A DNA stretch of 64,000 nucleotides, taken from the IMG/VR virus record IMGVR_UViG_3300009103_001698, positions 17,937 to 81,936 of that record. One strand, 5' to 3'. This document shows, one piece after another, positions 8,131 through 16,849 of this stretch. The notes beneath the pieces were generated by a model. The model ran no database searches and had not been told where the DNA came from. It saw only the letters and a program-made list of their open reading frames with translations. The DNA comes from a virus. Made by a program: the position numbers and the translations under genes. Each line of letters starts with the position of its first letter. The first letter of the stretch is position 1.

Positions 8131-9683
8131 GTAAAAGCTTTCATAAAGAACAAATAAAAAGATTTCTTTTAGAAGAGAAAATAGAGAAAGATGAGGAACC
8201 AGAACTTTTAAATGAAGCGTGGCCTCTGGTGGCCGCGATTGTAGCAGGTCTTGGCGCATTGGGATATGCAGGCTATGCAAATCGAGAACAATTTGACTAC
8301 AGTGCAAAATGGAAACGTAGAGTGGGGGCAGCGTACAAAAACCCAGAAGCTTTCGACAAGCTCCTAGATGACGCCTTGTTCGATAAATATACCTCTGACG
8401 CTTCAGCTAAAGCTGCCTTAGATGGAATAGCTGCTGCGATCGGCAGATGTAAACATAGTCGTACTAAAAAAGAAGGTGCTTACGACTCTTATGCTTATTG
8501 TAAACAAATAAAGAAAATTCTTAGAAAGCCCGGGAACAACCCCTTTATTGGAAACCCAGCAAAATATAGCAGAAAAAATATTGAAGATCAGTGGCACAAT
8601 GTTTCAGCAGTTCAAGACGATCTAAAAGACAAAATTTATACTGCACTGCCAAAACTTGCCAATTTTAAGCTTGGAGCACCACCGGAAGATGATGAAGATT
8701 TTGAAAAAGATGGACCAAAGGGCAGTAAAGGGCCAAGCTTTGGCAATCTGAAAAAAGCAAAAGGAGAAGTCATAGCTGTTTATGGGACGCGTTCTAAAGT
8801 TTTTGTGCCTGGGGTTTCAACTGATAGATTTGACTTGAAGCAGAGAATATTATTTAGTACCACGTTTAAAGATTCTTTTGAAGCACTAGCCAAAGGAAAG
8901 TGCGATCTTGGAAGTATGTATGATAAAAGCACAGATTCTTGTATACGCATCTCTCGTCCAGAACTGAAAATTAGTTCACACGTTGTTACAGCTCAACAAG
9001 TAGAAGGTGGAACAGAATTAATTGTTAACAAAGGAAAAAATTGGGGAATAAACATTGGAGCAAATGTCCGTTTCCCGGGAGCTTCAAGTTCATCTGGAAC
9101 CGGTAAAAGAGGCAGAACGGGCGGTGGAGTCAAATGTTCTTCTAAACTCCTAAAAAGAGGTTGTAGAGGTTCATTAGTTACAAAACTCCAAACAAGATTA
9201 AAACAATTAAATTATGATCTTGGGAAGTACGGTGTCGATGGTAAATACGGCGGAGCAACCGCCGGCGCTGTTTCAGCTTTTCAAAAAGATAGCGGTTTGG
9301 GAGTAGACGGTGTAGCAGGTAAGAATACATTAGCAGCATTGTTTAGTAAAGCGGCGACACAGAAAGCTAGCGTCCCTGCTGCTGACGTTGCTGATGCCGG
9401 ACCAAAAGCATCAAAAGTTGGAGGGGGCGTAGTTAGTCAGATTAAAGCGAAAGCAGATCGATTCATACAGACATACATTGATCGTGCCAGAAGAGAAGGA
9501 GTTTCTGATGATAAAATTTGGAACATTGTCAAAAACTATAACAAGACTAATGCTAAAGCAATCAACACTGCGCTCGAAAAAGTATCTTATCTAAAAGAAT
9601 CCAACATGAACAAGGTTCTCGCAGATCACAAAGAACAGGTTCTCGTTGAAAGGCTCGAAAAATTAACAAAAGGTCTTGTGTAG
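8127..9683 (+). CDS. multidomain protein with peptidoglycan-binding (PG_binding_1-like) domain
   Basis: LLKRG..G..V..LQ..L..L.YDLG..GVDGKYG..T..AV..FQ...GL.VDGVAG..T..AL; one N-proximal hydrophobic helix. Confidence 0.75.
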   Translation: MSKSFHKEQIKRFLLEEKIEKDEEPELLNEAWPLVAAIVAGLGALGYAGYANREQFDYSAKWKRRVGAAYKNPEAFDKLLDDALFDKYTSDASAKAALDGIAAAIGRCKHSRTKKEGAYDSYAYCKQIKKILRKPGNNPFIGNPAKYSRKNIEDQWHNVSAVQDDLKDKIYTALPKLANFKLGAPPEDDEDFEKDGPKGSKGPSFGNLKKAKGEVIAVYGTRSKVFVPGVSTDRFDLKQRILFSTTFKDSFEALAKGKCDLGSMYDKSTDSCIRISRPELKISSHVVTAQQVEGGTELIVNKGKNWGINIGANVRFPGASSSSGTGKRGRTGGGVKCSSKLLKRGCRGSLVTKLQTRLKQLNYDLGKYGVDGKYGGATAGAVSAFQKDSGLGVDGVAGKNTLAALFSKAATQKASVPAADVADAGPKASKVGGGVVSQIKAKADRFIQTYIDRARREGVSDDKIWNIVKNYNKTNAKAINTALEKVSYLKESNMNKVLADHKEQVLVERLEKLTKGLV

Positions 9684-9694
9684 AGGTCGATTAA

Positions 9695-12600
9695 ATGAAA
9701 ACAAAGTCCTTATTAAATGAAGGCGGTGTGGCAGGACATATGTCCCACCTCTATGATAATCCAGAACTCACTTTTGCGAAGATGAAAGAAATCTTTCATA
9801 AAGCCTCTGAAGGCGGATTACTTGGAACAGAAAAAACAGACGGTCAAAATCTCTTTATTACATACAACGTAAGAGAAGGCAAAGCAAAAGCAGCCAGAAA
9901 TAAAGGAAACATCAAGTCAGGTGGATTAGACGCTGCTGGTTTGGCTGCAAAGTTCAAAGATCGAGGAAACCTAGAAAAAGCATTCAACGACAGTTTCGCA
10001 GCATTCGAAGAATTCGCTTCCAGCTTAAAACCAGAAACACAAGTAAGGATCTTTGGAGAAGACGGAAACATTTATTACAACTCTGAAATCCAAGATCCTC
10101 TTTCTCCAAATGTAATACAATACGACGAAGCAACTTTGGTTATTCACGAAGTTGGACACGCCTACTTTAACAAAGAAACAGGCAGCGTAGAAGAAGTAGA
10201 CGTTACAGAAAATGCAAAAGCAATGCAGGCGGCTTTGGAAAATCGCTTTGATCCAAAAGACAGCAGATTTAGGGTTCAAAGGAATGCTATTGTTCAGCTT
10301 CAAGCTCTGTCCGATAAGGAGCCTTTGAAACGGGCATTAGCAGCCCTAGAAGCCGCTCTAAGCGCAGTAAATCTTCCCGACACATCAACAACGGGTGAAT
10401 ACCTTTTGGCGCGTTTAGAGCCCATTCTGAACGCAGAAGGTGTTTCTTTCAAAGAGGGTCAATACAAAATGCTGATCCAAAAGATTTTGGGGCACCCCGG
10501 GGTGTTTGTTCGCAATATCAAAAAGGGACACACACCGGAAGATCAGAAGAAAATTGCGGCTATGATCAAGAATGGTCCACGTTTCCTCAAAGACGCTATG
10601 CGTCCCATAGAAGAAATAGTTCATGAGTTCGCCACTGAAATGGTGAATGGTCTCCAAAGTGCTTTTGTGTTGGATAATACAAAAGAAGTTCAACGACTAA
10701 GAGGTAAACTTAAAAATGCTATTAGTGCTATTGAGGCAGCCGCTGATGAAGGAAACCTTGAAATCTTATCTCAGCAAATGGAAAAACTCAAGAACATCGA
10801 AAGTGTTGGAACAGCCGCAGAAGGTTTCGTATTCAATTTCGATGGTTATACATACAAATTTACCGGTAGTTTTGCCCCAATGAACCAAATCCTAGGTTTA
10901 TTCAAATACGGGCGAAAAGGCAAAGAAGCACTACCAGATTTATTCTTAGGTGATGACGCCACTAAGGGCGAGGCAGAGTTCCTTTACGGCGAACCTGAAC
11001 CTGAGAAACCTTATGTTAATGAGAAGCTGACAGGACCTAGTGATCATGTTACAATACTGTATCCGGGCGGTTTTAAGCCACCACACGCTGGTCATTTTGA
11101 ACTGGCAAAACGCTACGTTGAACACCCAAATGTTGAAAAAGTTATTATTATGCTTGGTCCGAAAGAAAGAACTTCGAGAGACAAGAAAGTTGTGATTGAT
11201 AAAGAAGCGTCTCTTTTCCTTTGGGGTAAATACAAAAACGCTCTCGGTGAGAAAGCCGTTATTGCTGACATGCCAGAAGAAGCAAAAGGTAATCCTATGA
11301 GGGCTGCTTATAAATGGGTTGAGAAATTCGCACAAGAAGGCGAAGTATTTGCACTTGCAGCCAGCGATAAAGACGCAGGAAGAGCAGAAGCTTTTGCTGA
11401 AGGTCATTGTCACCCATCCGGTAAATACTGTATTTCTGGTGTAGACGTTGTAGAACTGGCTGTTGAAACTCAAGCTATAGTTTATAAAAATAGAACTGAT
11501 GGTAATAATGATGCGAACATTAGTGCCTCTCAAATGAGAGAAGATTTAGCGGCTGGTGATAAAGAGAACTTCAAAACCAATTTACCACAAGAAGTCGCTG
11601 GTCAAGCCGATGCTATCTATGATTATCTCACAACTGGCGAAGAACAAGAGCCAGAAGTCCAAGATCAGAAGCCACACGATGTTATTGACCAAATGATAAA
11701 TGAAATTATTGCATGTAAAGGTTATAAAATCAAAATACATTCAGAAGAAGAACTAGAAGAGATGTCTTCTATGGCTGGTGGTTCTGTAGCAGGTTATGCC
11801 GGTGGTGGAAAGAAAAAAGGAAAAAAGCAAACTAATTACATTAGACGCGGACTCAAGGAAGATGCTATGAATTTAGAAGAACAAAAACTACGACAACTCA
11901 TTCGTAATAAACTTAAAAAGAGGGCAGTTATGCAAGAACAAGAAAAACTGGAAGAACAAAAGCTTCGTCAGCATATTCGAAAACTTATTATTCAAGAAGC
12001 TGCTGATGAAAATCCCACTCGTTCAACCGGAATTAATAAACTGGTCGGTACTCTTAAAATTATCCTCAAAACAATTGAGAGAGGTTATAAAGGATTGGCA
12101 ACAAGCTCTTCCCAGCGAGAATCTTATAAAAAGCACCTAATCAAAGCTATGATTGATACTCTTTCACCTCACGATGCTTTGATGAGTTTTAGTGCCGATG
12201 AAAGTGAAGAAGACGATTTAATGGCTGAACCTGACATGGCGTTACAAGAACTTAAAATGGATGTTGATGACGATCCTGTTGCTGATAGTCCTCTTGGCAT
12301 TGATCCAAGCGCAGCTGAAGGTGAAGAGTTAAAAACTCCTGCTGAAAAAGAAGCAGAAGCTGCCGCAGAGGAAGAAGAAGTCGCAGCTGCTGATAGAAAA
12401 AAGAAAGAAGGTTATAAAGATGTTGATGGCGGGGAACAATTGTTTCCTGAAATTCCTGGACTAGATCTTACTGGTAGAGATGAAGCCGTTGACATTTACA
12501 AAAAAGTTATTGATGCTGTGACGCGGCAATATGCCAGACTGCATGACGAAGACGATAGAAAGCATTATAAAGATTATCTCGTAACCAACCTATTGCTACA

Positions 12601-12769
12601 TTTTGACAAATGGGAAAATGATATTTCTGGAGAATTAGGCGATATCTCCACTCCAGAATACGAGAGGCAGAGCCAAGCAGCAGCTGAATATAGTCCAGGT
12701 GCTGAAGCTGAAGCTTTACAAGAAGCTATTACAAAGGCTATCATTGCCACGATTACAAAAAGTTCTTGA
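9695..12769 (+). CDS. fusion of an RNA-ligase-like nucleotidyltransferase domain, an HxGH (cytidylyltransferase-like) domain and an acidic C-terminal region
   Basis: TEKTDG (KxDG), NSEI, AEGFVF, YKFTG ligase-type motifs; YPGGFKPPHAGH and ISASQMR HxGH-family motifs. Confidence 0.7.
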   Translation: MKTKSLLNEGGVAGHMSHLYDNPELTFAKMKEIFHKASEGGLLGTEKTDGQNLFITYNVREGKAKAARNKGNIKSGGLDAAGLAAKFKDRGNLEKAFNDSFAAFEEFASSLKPETQVRIFGEDGNIYYNSEIQDPLSPNVIQYDEATLVIHEVGHAYFNKETGSVEEVDVTENAKAMQAALENRFDPKDSRFRVQRNAIVQLQALSDKEPLKRALAALEAALSAVNLPDTSTTGEYLLARLEPILNAEGVSFKEGQYKMLIQKILGHPGVFVRNIKKGHTPEDQKKIAAMIKNGPRFLKDAMRPIEEIVHEFATEMVNGLQSAFVLDNTKEVQRLRGKLKNAISAIEAAADEGNLEILSQQMEKLKNIESVGTAAEGFVFNFDGYTYKFTGSFAPMNQILGLFKYGRKGKEALPDLFLGDDATKGEAEFLYGEPEPEKPYVNEKLTGPSDHVTILYPGGFKPPHAGHFELAKRYVEHPNVEKVIIMLGPKERTSRDKKVVIDKEASLFLWGKYKNALGEKAVIADMPEEAKGNPMRAAYKWVEKFAQEGEVFALAASDKDAGRAEAFAEGHCHPSGKYCISGVDVVELAVETQAIVYKNRTDGNNDANISASQMREDLAAGDKENFKTNLPQEVAGQADAIYDYLTTGEEQEPEVQDQKPHDVIDQMINEIIACKGYKIKIHSEEELEEMSSMAGGSVAGYAGGGKKKGKKQTNYIRRGLKEDAMNLEEQKLRQLIRNKLKKRAVMQEQEKLEEQKLRQHIRKLIIQEAADENPTRSTGINKLVGTLKIILKTIERGYKGLATSSSQRESYKKHLIKAMIDTLSPHDALMSFSADESEEDDLMAEPDMALQELKMDVDDDPVADSPLGIDPSAAEGEELKTPAEKEAEAAAEEEEVAAADRKKKEGYKDVDGGEQLFPEIPGLDLTGRDEAVDIYKKVIDAVTRQYARLHDEDDRKHYKDYLVTNLLLHFDKWENDISGELGDISTPEYERQSQAAAEYSPGAEAEALQEAITKAIIATITKSS

Positions 12770-12794
12770 TTTTTCTTAAGATTTATGCTAAGAT
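12766..12794 (+). promoter_or_regulatory. putative sigma70-type promoter
   Basis: TTGATT(12766-12771)-17 nt-TAAGAT(12789-12794) with TG at 12786-12787. Confidence 0.5.
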
Positions 12795-12837
12795 CCTAAA
12801 AGATAAGCAGTAAGCTGATAAGTTAAGTAATTATTGT

Positions 12838-13200
12838 ATGAAAGAAGTTGATTATACAAAAAAAGATATTAAATATTATAGTATATCTAAGAAATTAAAA
12901 AGAGATAAGAAGATCTCAGAAGACTTCGAAGTTATGTTAAATAACCTATCTCTAGAAGAAATTATAGCTCTTAAGTTAGAGTTAGCTTCTAAAGTAGTTA
13001 AGAATAAATTATACGGCATTAATATATATAAGACCCTACCTAGGATCTCCAAAGATGCTGCTTTAAAGTATGCTATTTCAGCTTGTAGAACTAAGTATTC
13101 AGCAGCTGCTTTTTTAGGAATTACATACAGAAGGTTAAAACAAATACAAAGGAAGTATAATATATACGGATACTTTGACGAACAGAAAGATGATTTATGA
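12838..13200 (+). CDS. Fis-type HTH DNA-binding protein
   Basis: C-terminal ALKYA...KYSAAAFLGITYRRLKQIQRKYNI resembles the Fis/HTH_8 helix-turn-helix. Confidence 0.6.
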   Translation: MKEVDYTKKDIKYYSISKKLKRDKKISEDFEVMLNNLSLEEIIALKLELASKVVKNKLYGINIYKTLPRISKDAALKYAISACRTKYSAAAFLGITYRRLKQIQRKYNIYGYFDEQKDDL

Positions 13201-13600
13201 AGAAATAGCAAAAAGCATAGGAAGACTGGTAGACGAGAAGAATGCAGCATACGGCTCTTCATTCGATAAAAGCGATCAAATAGTTAAAATCTTATATCCA
13301 AATGGTGTACAACCACACCAATACAAAGATCTATTAGCAATGACAAGAGTAATAGATAAACTTTTTAGAATAGCAACTAGCAAAGATGCGATGGGAGAAG
13401 ATCCTTGGCAGGACATTGCTGGCTATGCTATTTTATCTGTGGTATCAAATAAAAAAAATAAAACAGAACCGTATTATAAACATAAAACATATATGCCTAA
13501 TTTCAATCCCTCTGTGCAAGAGAGAGACAGAAATAGAGAAAAGGATATTACAACCGCTAGCGGACAAGAGGAAATCGAAGACAAGAAGCTTCTTTATTAA
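13190..13600 (+). CDS. DUF1599/Nmad1-like all-alpha nucleotide pyrophosphatase-fold protein
   Basis: KNAAYGSSF...DKLFRI...EDPWQDIAGYAIL; ATG 13190 in frame with ORF 13175. Confidence 0.65.
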   Translation: MIYEEIAKSIGRLVDEKNAAYGSSFDKSDQIVKILYPNGVQPHQYKDLLAMTRVIDKLFRIATSKDAMGEDPWQDIAGYAILSVVSNKKNKTEPYYKHKTYMPNFNPSVQERDRNREKDITTASGQEEIEDKKLLY

Positions 13601-13640
13601 TGAAACTAGTTATTACAAGTGATATAATAAAGGAGTTAGA

Positions 13641-14327
13641 ATGCGAAAAAATAAAAGGTATTATTGGGCTAGCCAAGAAGAGATAAAGGGAGTAGAGCAA
13701 GAAGAGGGGTTTGAGGAGTTAACTCCGTCACAACAAGTTATGCTTTTGGACACAATAGGTGCCCAGCTTAATGCACCTCCTACCCCGAAAGATGATTTTA
13801 TAGAAGTTTCCAATAATAGAATTTATTTTTATTCCAGCATCCAAAGACGGAAGGTGATGGTTCTTAATAAAACTCTTCGTGAACTTTCTACAGACATCCG
13901 CCACAGTGCCACTATTTTAGAATCAACCCCAGCTAGTATTTTTCTTCACATCAACAGTCATGGTGGAGATTTGTTTACCGGTTTAGCAGCAGTTGACGAG
14001 ATTATCAAATGTGATGTTCCAATCACCTCTATTGTTGATGGTTGTGCTGCTTCTGCTGCTACTCTTATGAGTATTGTTGCCGATCATCGTCAAATTAATA
14101 AACACGCTTATATGCTAATACACCAGCTTTCTTCTGGAATGTGGGGTAAATACAGCGAGTTAAAAGACGAGATTGAAAATCTAGATAGATTAATGGAAAT
14201 GATTAAAAGCATTTATACAGAATACACAAAACTTCCACTAGACAAATTAGAGAAGATTTTGGAACATGACATTTGGTTTGATGCTGAAACTTGTCTTAAG
14301 TATGGGCTGGTTGATGAAATCATTTAA
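13641..14327 (+). CDS. ClpP-like serine protease
   Basis: INSHGG, AASAA (catalytic Ser), MLIHQ, CLKYGLVDEI; SD AAGGAG. Confidence 0.85.
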   Translation: MRKNKRYYWASQEEIKGVEQEEGFEELTPSQQVMLLDTIGAQLNAPPTPKDDFIEVSNNRIYFYSSIQRRKVMVLNKTLRELSTDIRHSATILESTPASIFLHINSHGGDLFTGLAAVDEIIKCDVPITSIVDGCAASAATLMSIVADHRQINKHAYMLIHQLSSGMWGKYSELKDEIENLDRLMEMIKSIYTEYTKLPLDKLEKILEHDIWFDAETCLKYGLVDEII

Positions 14328-14342
14328 CTGAGTGAACAAAAA

Positions 14343-15677
14343 ATGGCAAAGAAAACTTATGTTTTAGACACAAACGTTTATTTAACTGACTCATCGGCAA
14401 TAACTTCATACGGCTACAATGACATCGTAGTTCCAATAAAAGTTCTAGAAGAGATAGATAAACACAAGAAGCGACAAGATAGCGTCGGTGCTAATGCTCG
14501 TCGTGTTATTCGTTTTTTGGATGACCTTCGCGCAAAAGGAAATCTTCATAAAGGTGTCCGTATTGGAAAAGGAAAAGGAATAATCAAGGCAAGAAGCTTT
14601 GATCCAGAGATTCTTCCACCCGGGTATAATAAAGATGATCCAGATAACCAGATTTTAAGCACTGCTCTTACTGAAAAGGGCGATAACCCAAAAAGAAAAG
14701 TTGTTGTTGTTTCAAGAGACATTAACATGCGTGTCAAGTGTGATGCTCTGGGATTAGCCGGCGAGGATTACATTGTTGAAAAGCTTGTTAGCAGCCGCTC
14801 TGACATCTTTACCGGCGTCACCAAACACTTGGTCGACGATCAGATCATTGATCAATTTTATTCTGGTGAGGGTATCCTTTTAGATAAGGAAGAAGTTCGA
14901 TTGTGCCCAAACCAGTTCATAATGTTAATTTCTAACTCTAACGAAAAGAAAACAGCATTAGCTAGATTTCATAGTTATATGAAGCCGCTAACAAAGATAG
15001 TTGAATGTTATGATAATCGTTTCAAAATAAAGCCGAGAAACAAAGAACAAGAATTTGCCCTCAATCTTCTATTTGATCCAAAGGTTCAAGTAGTTACGCT
15101 CGTTGGAGCAGCTGGAACAGGAAAAACATTAATTGCTCTTTATTCTGGAATGTGTCAAACGTTAGATAACTGGAAAGGTGTAATACCAAAACAAGCAGAA
15201 TACGAAAGAATGATTATTTCTCGTCCTATTCAGCCGATGGGAAAGGATTTAGGTTATCTTCCAGGCTCATTAGAAGAAAAGATGTCTCCGTGGTTGTCAC
15301 CGATCAAAGATAATCTTCGTTTTTTGATGAACAATAAAAAAGATCAGTTAAAAGAATACGTAGAACAAGGCATAATAGAGGTAGAAGCACTTACATATAT
15401 TCGTGGAAGATCTGTTAATAACGCTTTCATTATTATTGATGAGATCCAAAACATGACCGTTCATGAATTAAAGACAGTTGTCACACGCGTTGGCGAAGGA
15501 TCGAAGATAGTTCTTATGGGTGATGTTGAGCAGATTGATAATGTTTATTTAGACGAGACAACCAATGGGTTAACCTACGCTGTAGAAAAATTCAAAACAC
15601 ATAACATTACAGGTCATGTTACATTAAAAAGAGGAGAAAGGTCAAAGGTCGCAACGTTGGCAGCCAAAATACTTTAG
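14343..15677 (+). CDS. phoH: PIN-PhoH (PhoH2-type) protein
   Basis: N-terminal PIN VLDTNV; Walker A GAAGTGKT; LGYLPG, YIRGRS, DEIQN, GD..Q.D. Confidence 0.9.
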   Translation: MAKKTYVLDTNVYLTDSSAITSYGYNDIVVPIKVLEEIDKHKKRQDSVGANARRVIRFLDDLRAKGNLHKGVRIGKGKGIIKARSFDPEILPPGYNKDDPDNQILSTALTEKGDNPKRKVVVVSRDINMRVKCDALGLAGEDYIVEKLVSSRSDIFTGVTKHLVDDQIIDQFYSGEGILLDKEEVRLCPNQFIMLISNSNEKKTALARFHSYMKPLTKIVECYDNRFKIKPRNKEQEFALNLLFDPKVQVVTLVGAAGTGKTLIALYSGMCQTLDNWKGVIPKQAEYERMIISRPIQPMGKDLGYLPGSLEEKMSPWLSPIKDNLRFLMNNKKDQLKEYVEQGIIEVEALTYIRGRSVNNAFIIIDEIQNMTVHELKTVVTRVGEGSKIVLMGDVEQIDNVYLDETTNGLTYAVEKFKTHNITGHVTLKRGERSKVATLAAKIL

Positions 15678-15683
15678 GAGAGA

Positions 15684-15905
15684 ATGATGAAAGAGTGGTT
15701 AACAAACTATGTTGGAGAAGCAGTAAGCCCAGAGGACGAAAACGTAACTGTTGAGATGATAGTAGAGGTAATGGCTAAAGAATTTCCAGAGTTTTTACTA
15801 GTGGTGGCTGAAGAGAACTTTATTCGTGGCTATGAACAAGCATTAGACGACGTAAGGGAGATTAAAAAGAAGTATGCACAACCTGAAGTTAACAAACTAT
15901 ATTAA
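15684..15905 (+). CDS. hypothetical protein
   Basis: 73 aa, SD AGGAG. Confidence 0.7.
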   Translation: MMKEWLTNYVGEAVSPEDENVTVEMIVEVMAKEFPEFLLVVAEENFIRGYEQALDDVREIKKKYAQPEVNKLY

Positions 15906-16614
15906 AAAAAGTAGTACTGTTATACCAAATAAGAAAGAAACCCTTTTCTTTAAGGATGTGGTCGTTTATATAAAAGACCCCTTACCAGAGGAAGTTTCAT
16001 TAAAAGCGGTTCTTTCAAAAATAGAAGAAATAATCCCAAAACATTTAGCAACAAATGTAGAGGCAATTTATGTTGGCAAATTTGAACATTTAGAAAGTCG
16101 AGAAGTTAACGCAGCATATTTAGAAGGCGCACTATATATTAGCAACGATCAGGACGACGAAGAAGATTTACTGGACGATATCGTTCACGAACTAGCCCAT
16201 TCTGTTGAAGAACAATATGGGCTACAAATTTATGGTGACGGTTCTTTGGAAAAGGAATTTGTCAGAAAAAGAAAAAAACTTTATAACCTTCTAAGGTCTT
16301 ACGACTATAATGTATCAAGAGCGGCATTTCTCAGTGTTGATTTTTCAGAAGATTTTGATACGCTGTTGTACAAAGACATCGGGTATGACAAATTGGAACA
16401 TTTTACAATGGGCCTCTTCCCATCTAACTATTCTGTTACCTCTCTGCGAGAGTACTTCGCAATTGGCTTTGAATCTTATTTCCTAAATGACCGACAAGAG
16501 CTATTAAAGGTGAGCCCGGAACTATTTAGTACTGTTGAACAACTAGTTTCAACGGGAGAAGAAGATGAAGAAGAAATTTGGCTCAATAGTGAACAACATC
16601 ACACGTCATATTGA
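15874..16614 (+). CDS. zincin-like metallopeptidase
   Basis: VHELAH plus downstream REYFA third-ligand motif, as in lethal-factor/MtfA-type zincins. Confidence 0.6.
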   Translation: MHNLKLTNYIKKSSTVIPNKKETLFFKDVVVYIKDPLPEEVSLKAVLSKIEEIIPKHLATNVEAIYVGKFEHLESREVNAAYLEGALYISNDQDDEEDLLDDIVHELAHSVEEQYGLQIYGDGSLEKEFVRKRKKLYNLLRSYDYNVSRAAFLSVDFSEDFDTLLYKDIGYDKLEHFTMGLFPSNYSVTSLREYFAIGFESYFLNDRQELLKVSPELFSTVEQLVSTGEEDEEEIWLNSEQHHTSY

Positions 16615-16849
16615 CTCGTTTCGTGAAACAGTAGCACAAGCTCAGAAGAAGGCAGAAGAGGTAAAAAAAGAAGAACCTCCGAAAGAAGAGCCAAAGCCAG
16701 AGCAGCCTCCCGAAGAAGAAATAGTTGACATTTATACCTTAATGAGTTATAATGAACTTCGGAACTTAGCAAAACAATATGGTATCAGTACATACCGGGT
16801 CAAAAAAGAAGATTTGATAGTTGAGCTAAAAAAACACGAAGAGGAATAA
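16565..16849 (+). CDS. protein with C-terminal Rho-N/HeH-like nucleic-acid-binding domain
   Basis: LMSYNELRNLAKQYGI...KKEDLI..L after a Pro/Glu linker. Confidence 0.6.
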   Translation: MKKKFGSIVNNITRHIDSFRETVAQAQKKAEEVKKEEPPKEEPKPEQPPEEEIVDIYTLMSYNELRNLAKQYGISTYRVKKEDLIVELKKHEEE

